This document shows, one piece after another, positions 1 through 12,313 of a stretch of DNA of 64,000 nucleotides. The notes under the pieces were generated by a model, which saw only the letters and a list, made by a program, of their open reading frames with translations, did not search any database and had not been told where the DNA came from. This stretch comes from Octopus sinensis. Lineage: Eukaryota. Each line of letters starts with the position of its first letter. The first letter of the stretch is position 1. The stretch lies in contig NC_043009.1 of the NCBI RefSeq assembly GCF_006345805.1, positions 55,986,001 through 56,050,000 on the forward strand, given 5' to 3'. Position numbers and translations under genes: made by a program.

Positions 1-41
1 ATCACACCGGTTTCGGCCAAACACTTTTGCTCACCTTGTAA

Positions 42-101
<60 letters not shown>

Positions 102-171
102 GAAATATGTTACGAAAATAAAATATAAAATACACGTGGAAATGTAAGGGTAAAACTGTAAAAATGTAAGG

Positions 172-204
<33 letters not shown>

Positions 205-207
<3 letters not shown>

Positions 208-1240
208 GAATGTTTTTATATATAATGAACGTGAAATACAGGAAGGACGAACACGGAACACAGACAAATCATTCGAAGCCTTCAATCTTCAGTCAGACAC
301 CGAATCATCATAGCAAATTTCGGCTGTTCAATTCTGATATTTGCTCCAACTCGGCCAGCCCCAAGAAAAAAAACTAAGCTGTAAGCATTAGATTTCTTGG
401 TAGAAGACAGGAATGTGAACGCACAAGACGGATGTGAATACAAGAGACGAAAACGAAATTGAAAACAGTAATGAAAAAACAAAATGTATATAACGGTGGT
501 TGTCATACGACTTTAGACCAAATGAGACAAAACAACAACAACATAGCAGCTGGCGTAGAAATAATTACCGTTTCGGTAGCGGGGACACATGTTGGTCGAG
601 ATACGAAGGCCAACAGAATGGTTGAAGAAGCAGCAGGTCGCAGGAGAGAGAGAAAGAGAGACAGAGAGAGAGGGAATCAAAGAGGGTGGAAGGCAGGGGA
701 CAGAATCAGTGACCAAGAGAGAAGGAGAAAGAAGGGATTAAGGAGGATGGGAGGAAGAGGGGAGGAGGATGGGAGGAAGAGAGGGGAAGAATCGGAGGGC
801 GCCAAAAAAGTTTGGTGAAGAAGCAATGGCGGGTAGTAAAAGACAGTGTGTATAGAAGTCGTGCAGGGTTTAAAATTGGACAAACAAACGGGGGGGTGCA
901 CGTAACGCCGCAATAATATAAGAATGAATGTTTTTATATATAATGAACGTGAAATACAGGAAGGGACGAACACGGAACACAGACAAATCATTCGAAGCCT
1001 TCAATCTTCAGTCAGACACCGAATCATCATAGCAAATTTCGGCTGTTCAATTCTGATATTTGCTCCAACTCGGCCAGCCCCAAGAAAAAAAACTAAGCTG
1101 TAAGCATTAGATTTCTTGGTAGAAGACAGGAATGTGAACGCACAAGACGGATGTGAATACAAGAGACGAAAACGAAATTGAAAACAGTAATGAAAAAACA
1201 AAATGTATATAACGGTGGTTGTCATACGACTTTAGACCAA
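205..1240 (-). mobile_element. Non-coding Penelope-like (PLE)-derived element bounded by ~317-bp direct repeats (205-521, 923-1240), inserted in (AT)n
   Basis: The two copies are near-identical. The minus strand carries a CTGAAGA...CGAA motif typical of PLE pseudo-LTRs. It is homologous to 4860-5290 and 49500-49990. No RT ORF is present. Confidence 0.65.
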
Positions 1241-1261
1241 TATATATATACACACACACAT

Positions 1262-1845
1262 ACTAACTGAATTACCCGGCGTTGTCCGAATAACTGATGT
1301 TCTTATTCAGATTAGTAAACAATAAATATGAAGATATTTTTTTTCCATAATTATTTTTAAGTATCTATATTTTATTTTAAAATATCCAAATTGTAAGGAT
1401 AATAGAATTTAGAACTGAAAATCTGTCAATCTTGAAGCACCTCAGGGTAAACAATATTCATTGTGTAATTTTTTGTTGATGACCAAATGAATAAATTGTT
1501 GCTGCTTCCAACTCGTGAGCAACCAGCATAAAGTTGGCCGTGGGGGAAGCATGTAGTAGAGAGATGAAGTCTAACTACCTTGAAGGATTGACCTTGAGAT
1601 TTGTTAATTACCAAAACTTAATTTGACTGGAAACTGAAACCTCTTAAATTGAAATGGAACATCTGTAGGTATGAGAGGAAATTTTGGAATAAAGACATTT
1701 TCTTCTTTGTGACTACTTGGTACGATTGTTGCCTGTAGGACATGGGTCTTCATGGAAGTAACAATGAAGTGAGTTCCATTACAGAGGCGATGTGGGTCAA
1801 GATTCCTTAGCAACATAATGGAAGCATCCAGCTTTTGTGTCAAGT
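1262..1845 (-). pseudogene. Helitron 3' remnant: C-terminus of the RepHel PIF1-like helicase plus 3' hairpin end
   Basis: Translates to IMLLRNLDPHRLCNGT...FIPKFPLIPTDVPFQFKRFQFPVKLSF, then (frameshift near 1614) INKSQGQS...CFPHGQLYAGCSRVG...NIVYPEVL. A GC hairpin and a CTAG-like end lie near 1262-1290. Confidence 0.85.
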
Positions 1846-1924
1846 TATGTATGTATGTATGTATGTATGTATGTATGTATGTATGTATGTATGCTTGTAT
1901 GTATGCTTGTATGTATGTGTATGT

Positions 1925-2290
1925 CAGGTCACTTTCGAGTGCTACTGGTAACATGTAACCCAGTACAACCTGTTGCATGGTTGGGTCGTCGGCGACTAAA
2001 CCGGCAACCCCACCAAACTTGCTTGGTGAGGAGGGTGTTTATTGGACACCCTGCGGGATGAAAAACAAAACCCGTCAAAGAGCGGAGGAACTCTTGAGAA
2101 TCAACGGCCATCCAATAAATGTCTTAAGGCTGTAATCATGCGCGGGGACATAGAAATAATCGGACTGAATACCCGATCGTGCCTTTAAACCATTGGGAGT
2201 GAAGTACTCCTAGCCTTTGTTAGGGCATCCTTCTAGGAGAAGGTAACTGGGATAACTCCGACATAAAACCTGCGGCTCAGTGGTTACCGA
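1925..2290 (+). mobile_element. Probable RTE-clade LINE 5' UTR fragment
   Basis: Contains gggcatccttctaggagaaggtaact...ataaaacc, which resembles the motif I recall from RTE 5' UTRs. It is GC-rich and hairpin-rich. Confidence 0.45.
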
Positions 2291-3038
2291 TGGTGTTGAC
2301 TTGTTCTTCTTTTCGGATTATGGCTGCTGCTGCTTAGTGAGTGGGATTGACTCAGTGCACAGCCTTTCCTCACTTTAAAAAAAATCTTCTTACACAAGCA
2401 TTGCACGATAACAACATTGATTAAGCTTCGTGCAATGGCCATACTCGATAACGAGGGGGCAGCCACCATGTATGTATATATGCTTGTATGTATGTATGTA
2501 TGTATGTATGTACTGGCAATATATATGTTCAGGGAGCAATGAATCACCTTTAACCAGGTGTCGGAAGATCTGCCCAGGGTTAAACTAGTAATAACATGGA
2601 ACAGCAACACTGATGTGGCGATTAACCTTAATTGTTAGTATAGTTACTAGTCTCGTCTCTTATTGGGAATTTACAACTGGCTACTTTGCTTGTTGCAAAT
2701 CAGTGACTGATGGTTGCTTTTTTTTTATAATTTATTGCTAGCTGGAACGGACTCTAGCCACCAGTTTGGCGATCAGGTGTTCGCGACTGAGAATGAGCAA
2801 ACAAGATCGGAACCGAATCGGTCTCGCGATCCTTTTCAGGGTGCAGTGCTGCACCGATAACCAGCTGGCGGAAGATCTGCCTGGGTTTAAAGTAGGAGTA
2901 ACATGGAACACCCTACACACTGATGTGGCGATTAACTTTATCTACTGTTAATCACAATTATTTCGCCTTTGTCCATTTTATCAGCTTTCTTTTATCATCT
3001 GGCACTCCGGGTTTTTTGCTCACATGCAAACACACACG

Positions 3039-3094
<56 letters not shown>

Positions 3095-3440
3095 ACGCAG
3101 AGCCAACTCCCTCACCAACCAAGGCCACGATACTTACAAACTTGTTCGCCTGTGTACAAACGCCACTCCTTTCCATACTCACTTCCCGGCACCCTCACCC
3201 ACAGATACATTCATATATTTTAATCTACGCACCCCGTCCTTCTTCCTTTGCTGTGTACAACAACATTCCCACTTGCTTTCTAACATTTCTTTTTCACGGA
3301 ATACTTTTTTCTCTTTTTTTCAACTTCTCTATTTCCTATGCTTCTTTATTTCTTTCTTCTGATGCGGGATTAACAGAAAGGTTAAACGCTTTCACTTTCC
3401 ATTGAAGTGTTAAGCTAATATCTTATTTTCAAACCTTTTC
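3095..3440 (+). mobile_element. Decayed PLE 3' end / pseudo-LTR fragment
   Basis: Similar to 46020-46330 (caccaaccaaggccacgatacttacaaa vs caatctcaaaacacggatacatacaag). It has a degraded ttCTGATGc...aaaggtta motif. Confidence 0.35.
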
Positions 3441-3504
3441 CCTACTTTTTATTGTACATTACATTTATTCTTTCGTTCACTAAATATATATATATTGTTG
3501 TTGT

Positions 3505-3792
3505 TTGTACCTTCTCGAGCCACGCCTGGCTCATAGGGCCGGTTTCCCGGTTTCCTTGGCGTATAGGTTCCCCACCTGGACGAGACGCCGGTCCATCGCA
3601 GGTGAGCTGCAAGATGCAGGAGGAAAGAGTGAGAGAAAGTTGTGGCAAAAGAGTCAGCAGAAGTTCGCTATTACTTTCTGCCGGAGCCGCGTGTTTCGCT
3701 CATAAACACACATATTACCCGGTCTGAGATTCGAACCCGCGATCCCTCGACCGTGAGTCCGCTGCTCTAACCACAAGGCCATGTGCCTCCAC
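3505..3792 (-). mobile_element. tRNA-derived SINE, family 3 (gtggaggc head), tail type c
   Basis: The minus strand begins gtggaggcacatggccttgtggttagagc...ggttcgaatc, with pol III A and B boxes. Confidence 0.8.
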
Positions 3793-3797
3793 ACACA

Positions 3798-3870
<73 letters not shown>

Positions 3871-3871
3871 T

Positions 3872-4090
3872 AAGGCGGTGAGCTGGCAGAAACGTTAGCA
3901 CGCCGGTCGAAATGCGTAGCCGTATTTCGTCTGCTGTTACGTTCTGAGTTCAAATTCCGCCGAGGTCGACTTTGCCTTTCATCCTTTCGGGGTCGATAAA
4001 TTAAGTACCAGTTACGCACTAGGGTCGATATAATCGGCTTAATCCGTTTGTCCCCTCTGTGTTTAGCCCCTTGTGGGTAGTAAAGAAATA
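3872..4090 (+). mobile_element. tRNA-derived SINE, family 2 (aaggcggtgagctggcagaa head)
   Basis: B-box gagttcaaattcc and core gcctttcatcctttcggggtcgataaattaagtaccag. More than 10 copies occur in the window. Confidence 0.85.
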
Positions 4091-4107
4091 TATATATATA
4101 TACTAAA

Positions 4108-4405
4108 GTGGAGGCGCAATGACCTAGTGGTTAGGGCAGCAGGTTCGTCGTTTCGATTCCCAGACCGGGCGTTGTGTGTGTTTATTGAGCGAAAACACCT
4201 AAAAGCTCCACGAGGCTCCGGCAGGGGGTAGTGGCGAACCCTGCCGTACTCTTTCACCACTCTTTCTCCCACTCTTTCTTCTGTTGGCCTGCTCGCTTAG
4301 CCAGCGGGGTGGCGTCATTCGAAGGCTAAAACAATGCGAACGCATTGTGACCAGCGATGTGTAACAACATCTGATGGTCTGGTCGGTCACGTGATCACGT
4401 GATAT
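4108..4405 (+). mobile_element. SINE family 3, tail type a
   Basis: Head gtggaggcgcaatgacctagtggttagggc...ttcgattccc. The body is shared with the 26163, 41879 and 63525 copies. Confidence 0.8.
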
Positions 4406-4739
4406 ATATACTAAAAAGTCTAATTAATAATGATATTGACTATTTAAATTGATGAACTTAATTAATTAACTAACGAAAAGAAAATCAAGTACTGGGGTCG
4501 ATTCAGTCAGCTAAAAATTCTTCAAAGCAGTGCTCCAGCAAGGCCTGACTAAAACAAGTAAAAGATAAAGATAAAATATAAAATATCTTTTACTTGTATC
4601 AGTCATTAAACTGCGGTCATGCTGGGGTATCGCCTTGAAAAATTTTAGTCAAACGAATCAACATCAGTAATAATTGTTAAGTTTTGTATCACTCTTTTAC
4701 CGAACCGCTACGTTATGGTGACGTAAAACACACTGACAT

Positions 4740-4816
<77 letters not shown>

Positions 4817-4859
4817 ATATATGCATTGTTACTCCCACGTGACTGATGCTCGACCAAAC

Positions 4860-5290
4860 ATGATTTTTCTTTCTTAGCCTGACCACCCCTCGCACAATAC
4901 CTCATTTTCCTGTCTCCTGACTGTCGTCTATGTTTGTTGCCGCAAGGCTCCCACTTCACACGCCAGCTTAACTTCACTTGTTCTTTTATTCGAAAGACAC
5001 CTGTTGTTATTCTTGTTGTTTGTATTTTTAATTGTGTAACACTTTCTTTGTTTTCTCGTTTTCTTTTTTGTCCGTATTATCGCACATATTCGCTCGCTTT
5101 CTTCCAAAACTTTAATGCTCTTAGCTTAAATATTTGGGGCCTACCAATTTTGAACAGTCTCAAGTGTAACAGGCCGAAACTGTAATGATGATTGGAAGAT
5201 TGACTGATGAATAGAAACCACGAATGTTCCATCCTGGTTTTCCTGTCCGTCTTTGTATCGTCCATCTGTCCGTATGTTTCGATTGTCGTA
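4860..5290 (+). mobile_element. PLE-like pseudo-LTR fragment
   Basis: cacgccagcttaac...cgaaagacacctgttgtt matches the reverse complement of 49750-49805. aatgctcttagctt matches the 205-521 family. Confidence 0.6.
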
Positions 5291-6386
5291 CGTTACGTTC
5301 TTGTTCCGTTTTTTTTTTGGTGGGGGTATGTGTGTGTGTGTGTGTGTGTGGTGTGTGTGTGTGGTGTGTGTATGTATTATATGTATACATATGTATATAT
5401 ATTGTTACGACCTGGTGGCCATAACCCGAAATTACGGATTCAACGAGGATAGGGTGAACCCAAAACAACAATACACTATGAAATTTTTTGCAAAATATTA
5501 TTAACAATTGTCAACATGGAAAAAACAGCCTACATACAAAAACAAATATATACACGAACAAAAAAAAACAATGCCACACCAGACGTGCAGTCAAAATATT
5601 TACAAAGGTAACATATTATACAGTTCAGAAATTCGGACTCAAAATCTCGGCTTCACCAACTTGATTTCACAAACTGGGATCCGTAACTCTGGATTCACAA
5701 TTTTTGGTTTCACCAAAATTGGCCTCACACAAAACCTGGTCTCACAATTTTGTTTTTTTTTTAAAGATGGATTCCAAAAATTTGGATTTCATAAAATTTG
5801 GATTTCCATTTTAGTACAAATTCGGTTTTCGAACCTTGGAATTCGAACCTTGGACCTAAGCATAAATAAATCTAATGTCAAAGCAACCATTTAAACTTAA
5901 ACGCTCATGTCACAAAATGGTTGCCAGTCAATCAAAAAATGTAGTTAGCTTTAAATTCACACAAAACTGCTTCATACAAGCATACTGAGTAACCATCAGA
6001 CAAAATTTACAGTTAGTAGTATAATACAAAAATTTGGCTACATGGAAAATTTATTCATACACCCTTTAGCTATTTATATAAATTTTAACATTTATCTCAA
6101 CGGAAAATAGCTAGCAAAATTACTACACAACCCGCCACAAATGCAGGGTTCAAATTTCACATAAGTATTACAACATAGCATAACTTAAGAGATTTTTTTA
6201 CTCACCCAGATGTGACACAAAAATTATTTTAAAACTGACAAGCAAAAAGTTCTGGCGAATTCCTGGGGCATAAAATAATTCCATAAATGCCCAACACAAA
6301 GCACAAAGTGCATGAACTAAGCAAGCAATCATAACTTCCAGAATCCAACTGAACTTTGTCTCAGAAAAAAACCTCATTTCTTTATT

Positions 6387-6570
6387 ATTCGCAGCGGTGC
6401 TCAGTAGACAAGTTAAACACACTAGCCGGCAGTGGCTAAAACGCGAACCAATCAAGTCTTTGTATAAATTTTCTTTTTATATGTTTGTTTCCTCTTACAC
6501 AATATTCAAACAACGGCAAAAAATTTTCTGAAGCGGCACCCCCGCTAATTTTATCTACGAGCCGCCACTG
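6387..6570. mobile_element. 3' part of a MITE ending gagccgccactg
   Basis: Homologous to 51768-51943. The terminus is complementary to the cagtggcggatc start seen at 51273. Confidence 0.55.
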
Positions 6571-6609
6571 TTCGAGACCCTCGGTCACAATAGATGTGTG
6601 TGTGTGTGT

Positions 6610-6643
<34 letters not shown>

Positions 6644-7707
6644 TGTGTGTGTGTGTGTGTGTGTGCGCGTGCGTGCGTGCGTGCGTGCGTGCTTATATAT
6701 GTATGTATGTATGAATGTGGTTTGAGATGTGGCTGAATATGATCAGTAACATGTAAAGATGAAACAAATTAAAAATTTGTCATTGCAACACAAGACATTG
6801 TGTTGCATGCAAAATACGGCCTTTCGACTTACGTATTCGGTGGAAGCCAGGTTTTAAGAAACACTGTCCTACCTGGTTTCACTTCCTATACTGAAGCTTT
6901 TGAGAAAAATCTTGCAATGACTAATTTTAAATTTGTTTAATTTTTACGTGTCATTGATCATGTTCAACCACAGCTCAAACCAAATTGAGCTCACCCATCC
7001 TTAAAGGCATTGTGTATGTAACCATCCTCTTTCACTTAGATACGTGAGTCTTTTACTTTAGCAGTTATTTGACTACATCCATACTGAGGCACCACCATGA
7101 AGGGTTTAGTCGACCAAATCGACTCCGGTGTTTATGATTTTGAAGTATGGTATTTATTCTAGCGGGCTCTTTCACCGGACCGCCAATGTGAACGGGGTGT
7201 AGACAAACCAACACCGGTTGTCAAGCGGCGTGGAGTCAACGGCTAAAGCATAGACTCACATATACACACATATATACATACATATTATGCATGTGTTATA
7301 CAATTTATATTACATACAAAACATATACCTTTTACCTTTTACTTGTTTCAGTCATTTGACTGCGGCCATACTGGGGCACCGTTTTGAAGAATTTTTAATC
7401 GAATGAATCGAACCCAGTACTTAGTTTTTTTTTTTTAAACTTGGTATTATTTTATTATCTCTTTTGCCGAACCACTAAGTCGTAAACGCACTAACACCGG
7501 GCTTCTTTCAGTTTCCATCTACCAAATCTGCTTACAAGGCTTCGGTAGGCGCGAGGCAATAGCTGAAGACAACCGACCAAGGTGCCACACAGAGGGACTG
7601 AATCAAGAATCATGTGGTTGGGAAGCAATTTTCTTACTACATAGCCATACCTTTATAAATATGCATGCATACATGTATACGGATCTTTGTGGTAATCGCC
7701 ACTGCAT

Positions 7708-7922
7708 ACTCTCTTTTACTCTTTTACTTGTTTCAGTCATTTGACTGCGACCATGCTGGAGCACCGCCTTTAATCGAGCAACTCGACCCCGGGACCTATT
7801 CTTTTGTAAGCCCTACTTATTCTATCGGTCTCTTTTGCCGAACCGCTAAGTAACGGGGACATAACACACCAGCAATGCTAGGGGGACAAACAAAGACACA
7901 CAAACACACACACATACATATA

Positions 7923-7965
<43 letters not shown>

Positions 7966-8113
7966 ACTATATATATACTAAATCCACTCACAAGCTTTGG
8001 TCCTCGGCCGAGGCTATAGTAGAAGACACTTGCCCAAGGTGCCACGCAGTGGGACTGAACCCGGAACCATGTGGTTGGTAAACAAGCTACTTACCACACA
8101 GCCACTCCTGCGC
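7708..8113 (-). mobile_element. Bipartite tRNA-derived SINE, family 1 (ggcgcaggagtggctgtgtggtaag head, internal microsatellite)
   Basis: Full head with A and B boxes, an (AC)/(AT) linker, a second half and a (TAAAAGAG)-like tail. Confidence 0.9.
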
Positions 8114-9099
8114 CCATGTCGAAATCTTTAAAAAAATTTTTCAATGAATCACATAGATGTACTTTTTGACATTGAATCCGAATTTGTTATTCATTTATTC
8201 CAGAAAAATGTTGCGAAAATGTTACAGGTGTTCAAAGTTTGATAATTTTCAAAATAATCAGCCAATCAAAAAACAGCGCGTTCGCTGCCTCTTCCATCAT
8301 CTGTCCCAGTAGCGAGGAAGTGATGGCGGGAGGGCACCCGCATGTCAAAACATTAACTAGCTACAGTAAACGGTAAAAATCATAAAAGATTCGCAAGCAA
8401 ATTAAATATTTAAAAGCCACAAGTAAACCAACAGCAGTTGCGAGAAATAACAGTCAAAAAATTAAAATATACACGAGCAAAGTAAACAGTGAAAAACATT
8501 AAAACAATCGCGAGCAAATTAAATATTCAAAAGCTACGGGCAAACCAGCAGGAGTTGCTAGAAATAACAATCAAAATATTGCTTAAAACAGACATTTATT
8601 AGTTAAAAAACTCAAGAACGAAAGTTTGCAATACACTCTAGGATTTTATAAAATAGATTATCTTTCTCATATCTCTTTCTCGACATAAACTCACAAAGAT
8701 AAGAGTCAACCATGGAACGGTGTGTCCCACACCGGCGCTTGTTTCTACGCTTTAAAGATGCCCCAAGTACTCTCAGTTTGTTGATTACACTCAATTTGGC
8801 GGTTACACTCCTTGTGCGCATGCGCAGTATCTACGGTTACTATGGAAACAGAATTCTTCGCAATCGGCTATGGAACACGTGGTGCTTCTTTGCTTAATAT
8901 GCTAACAGAACTTCACGGTTCTGAATTGGCTAAAATAACTAAATTTTGCAAATTTTAAAGGCTAATAACTTTTTAATTATAATTTTATAGGGAAAATGAA
9001 TATCATTTTCATAAATGGTATACAAAAGTTAATCCATATACCAAATTTGAAAAAAATTGGAAAATCGTAGACAACTGACGTTAACCACAAAGATCCCAT

Positions 9100-9408
9100 A
9101 ATACATACATACATACATACATACATACATACATACATACATACATACATACATACATGCACACACCATATACACATACATAAATGCATACATACATACA
9201 TACATACATACACATACACACACACATACATACATATATACATACATACACACACACATACATACATACATACATACATACACATACACACACACATATA
9301 TACATACATACATACATACATACACACACACATACATACATACACACACACATACATACACACACACATACATACATACATACATACATACATACATACA
9401 TACATACA
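9100..9408. repeat. (CATA)n/(CA)n compound microsatellite
   Basis: Read directly from the sequence. Confidence 0.95.
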
Positions 9409-9869
9409 TGGCGGGCTTCCACACAGTTTCTGTATGGAAGCTCACAAGGCATTAATCAGTCTAGGGCTACCGTAGAAAAGAACTTACCCAAGGTGGTGGG
9501 TGCAATGGGACTGCATCCGGAACCATGGGGATTGCGAAATAAACATTACACACCGTATCTGCCAGTCCCTTACACCGACATCCAGCCAGAAAAAAATTAT
9601 TTCCAATGCTTTCTGCCCGATGAGTGTTAAGTTACCTTTCATCTATATCCTGCTATGAGTCAAATAACTGAGTGAAAAAGAAGGGCAAGTTCAGAGTAAA
9701 GGATTGGCGATAGGATATTTGAATTGCATTGTCTAAACAAAACAAATAACCGATTTCCTTGCGTCAGCAACGGAGAAATGTGAGGCAATGAGTTTCAGAA
9801 GTTGCTTTATTTGGGCAATTTTTTTTACAGATGACAGCCAAGTTCTCCCTGCAGACCATTACGTAAGAC

Positions 9870-10300
9870 GCTGTGTAAAATGTGAGAATGTATATGCGTG
9901 TGTGAATGCGTGCGGGGTGTGTGTGAGAGTGTGTGTGTATATGTGTGTGCATGTATGTGTGTGTGTGTGCGTGCGTGTGTGTGTGTGTGTGTGTGTGCGT
10001 ATGTGTATATGTGTGTGTGTGTGTGCATACGGGTGCATGTATGCGTGTGTGCGCGTGATTCACACTCCTATTTCTGTGTGTGCGTGTGAGCGCATGTATA
10101 TATGTGTATGCTTACTTGTGTGTGTATGCGTGTGTGCTTGTGCGTGCGTCTGTAAGCGTTTAAATGTGTGTGTGTGTATGAGTGTACGTGTGTGAGTAGG
10201 TATGGATGGGTGCATGTGAATGCGTGTGTCTGTGTATTTGTGCGTGTATGTATGTGCATGTGAACGTGTGTACGCGCGCGTGTATATGTGTGGGCATGTC
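9870..10300. repeat. Degenerate (TG)n array
   Basis: Read directly from the sequence. Confidence 0.9.
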
Positions 10301-10529
10301 TTGCTGATGTTGTTTCTTCCTTCTTTAACCCCAGGTCAGCTCAAAGCAGACTCTAAACAGACCTACAAAGACATTTCATTCTTGACCACATCACTATTCT
10401 TTTACATCCAAGACTACGTTATCCAACATGTACTTTCTATTTCTAGCAGGCCTCGTTGATGAGCTTCTCTCTTAGTCTCTGTGTGTGAGGAGGGATGAGT
10501 GGAGGGGTGAAATTTGCATGTCAGTGTGA

Positions 10530-10650
10530 GGATTATCATCATCATCCGGTCATGCTTATTGCACGGATTGCTCTGACTCGTTCTCTCCAGTCTGTTCGGC
10601 TCTCCATTGCACGTGATTGTTCTTCTAAGGTTCGCTGAAAATCCACGCAC
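10530..10650 (-). mobile_element. Extreme 3' end of an RTE-type LINE
   Basis: The minus strand translates to ...SRAMESRTDWRERVRAIRAISMTG*, followed by a (TGA)n tail. This parallels the 34.9-kb copy (AMMDRDVWRNIV). Confidence 0.55.
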
Positions 10651-11896
10651 AGTTCCTTATATAGGTTTGAACATTAATCGGTCTAGGGCTATCGTAGAAA
10701 ACAACTTACCCAAGATTCGATGAGGTCTACCAGCATTTTTGTGCCCATGCTTCGGTTCCCACAGAAGAACGTCGCCGGTGATCTCATCCTTTGCTCTTTA
10801 GCAAAGACCAACGAATCTTGTTCTATTTCTATGAGGATATCTACTCTTCCATTTTTGACCTCACATATTTTGACTTAACTTTTTTTTTAATGAACCAAAT
10901 TTCAACTATTTTATCTCAAAATGTAGCTTAGGACCGGACCATTATTGCTTTTAAAAATGCATTTAATTTGATTGATTGAGAACTGAATTAGTGATGAAGC
11001 CTTGATGTGCTTGCGAGTGACTAAAAGTTGAACTTTAGAATATTTTCACCTACTGCCGAGGGTGAATAATAAAATTGTGACAATCGCCAGCCAGTTAATT
11101 ACATATTCTCGATAGTCCGAATCAGCGATCTGATTTAGATTGCAAGTCATTTGAAAGGCATTTCCTCATTGCCACTTGTTTTTGATAACATTGGTACAAG
11201 GTTTTACTGAGGAAAATTAAAACAAGTATGAATGACAAGTCAGAAGTGATGTCTTTATTAATAAAGGCCGAAGTATTTCGCTAAAATACTTATACTTTTA
11301 GCTTCCATTAACGGGACGTCGATGAAAATACTTCCTATACCCATGGTGAGAATTCTGGTAACTTTCTCAATTTCTAGCAGAATTTCCTGAAACATAACCA
11401 CATTATTTAAACGAGGCGTGAGGCGTGAACTAACGAAATCGTTAGAAAGCCGGGGAAATGTTTTTCAGTTAATGTTCCTACTCTTTACGTTTAGAGTTTA
11501 AATCGCGCCGAGGTCAACTTTGGCTCATCCCACGAGGGTCCACAAATAAAGTACCAGTCAAGTATTGAGGTCTACACATCGACTACTCTCCCTCAAAATG
11601 ATTGGCCTTGCCCCTAAATCAGACACCATTATCTGTACTAAGTTACGTCGATGTACCACATACAGAAGAACAGAAGAAAAAACACAAATTCACTATGCTT
11701 GAATCACCGACCATTATACTAGAATCAGAAGCGTTTCAGCCATGACCATCCCATTTATACTGTGTATCCAAAAGTAAATTTTCCCCATTAACTGTTATCT
11801 TATTTTCTTTAAGACAGAAGTATGTAATTTATTTGCGTGATTTATAGGAGATTTGGTTGTTATTTCCAGCACATTTCGTTCTCTTGTATTGCGGTA

Positions 11897-12313
11897 TCTT
11901 TCTTTTCTTTTTCTTTTACTTGTTTCAGTCATTTGACTGCGGCCATGCTGGAGCACCGCCTTTAGTCGAGCTAATCGACCCCGGAACTTATTCTTTGTAA
12001 GCCCAGTACTTATTCTATCGGTCTCTTTTTGCCGAACCGCTAAGTGACGGGGACGTAAACACACCAGCATCGGTTGTCAAGCAATGCTAGGGGGACAAAC
12101 ACAGGCACACAAACATACACACATACATATATATATATATATACATATATACGACAGGCTTCTTTCAGTTTCCGTCTACCAAATCCACTCACAAGGCTTT
12201 GATCGGCCCGAGGCTATAGTAGAAGACACTTGGCCAAGATGCCACGCAGTGGCACTGAACTCGGAACCATGTGGTTGGTTAGCAAGCTACTTACCACACA
12301 GCCACTCCTGCGC
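11897..12313 (-). mobile_element. SINE family 1, full length
   Basis: Near-identical to the 19785, 40581 and 42826 copies. Confidence 0.9.

Noticed and set aside
3720-3792. tRNA-like sequences with A/B boxes (also 4108, 26480, 42530)
   Set aside because: They are SINE heads joined to SINE bodies and lack a complete cloverleaf.
8977-10259. Long ORFs of MYVC/HTYI/THTH type here and throughout (e.g. 22971-23286, 46272-46631, 47287-48005)
   Set aside because: They are stop-free translations of (CATA)n, (CA)n and (AT)n microsatellites with no protein signal.
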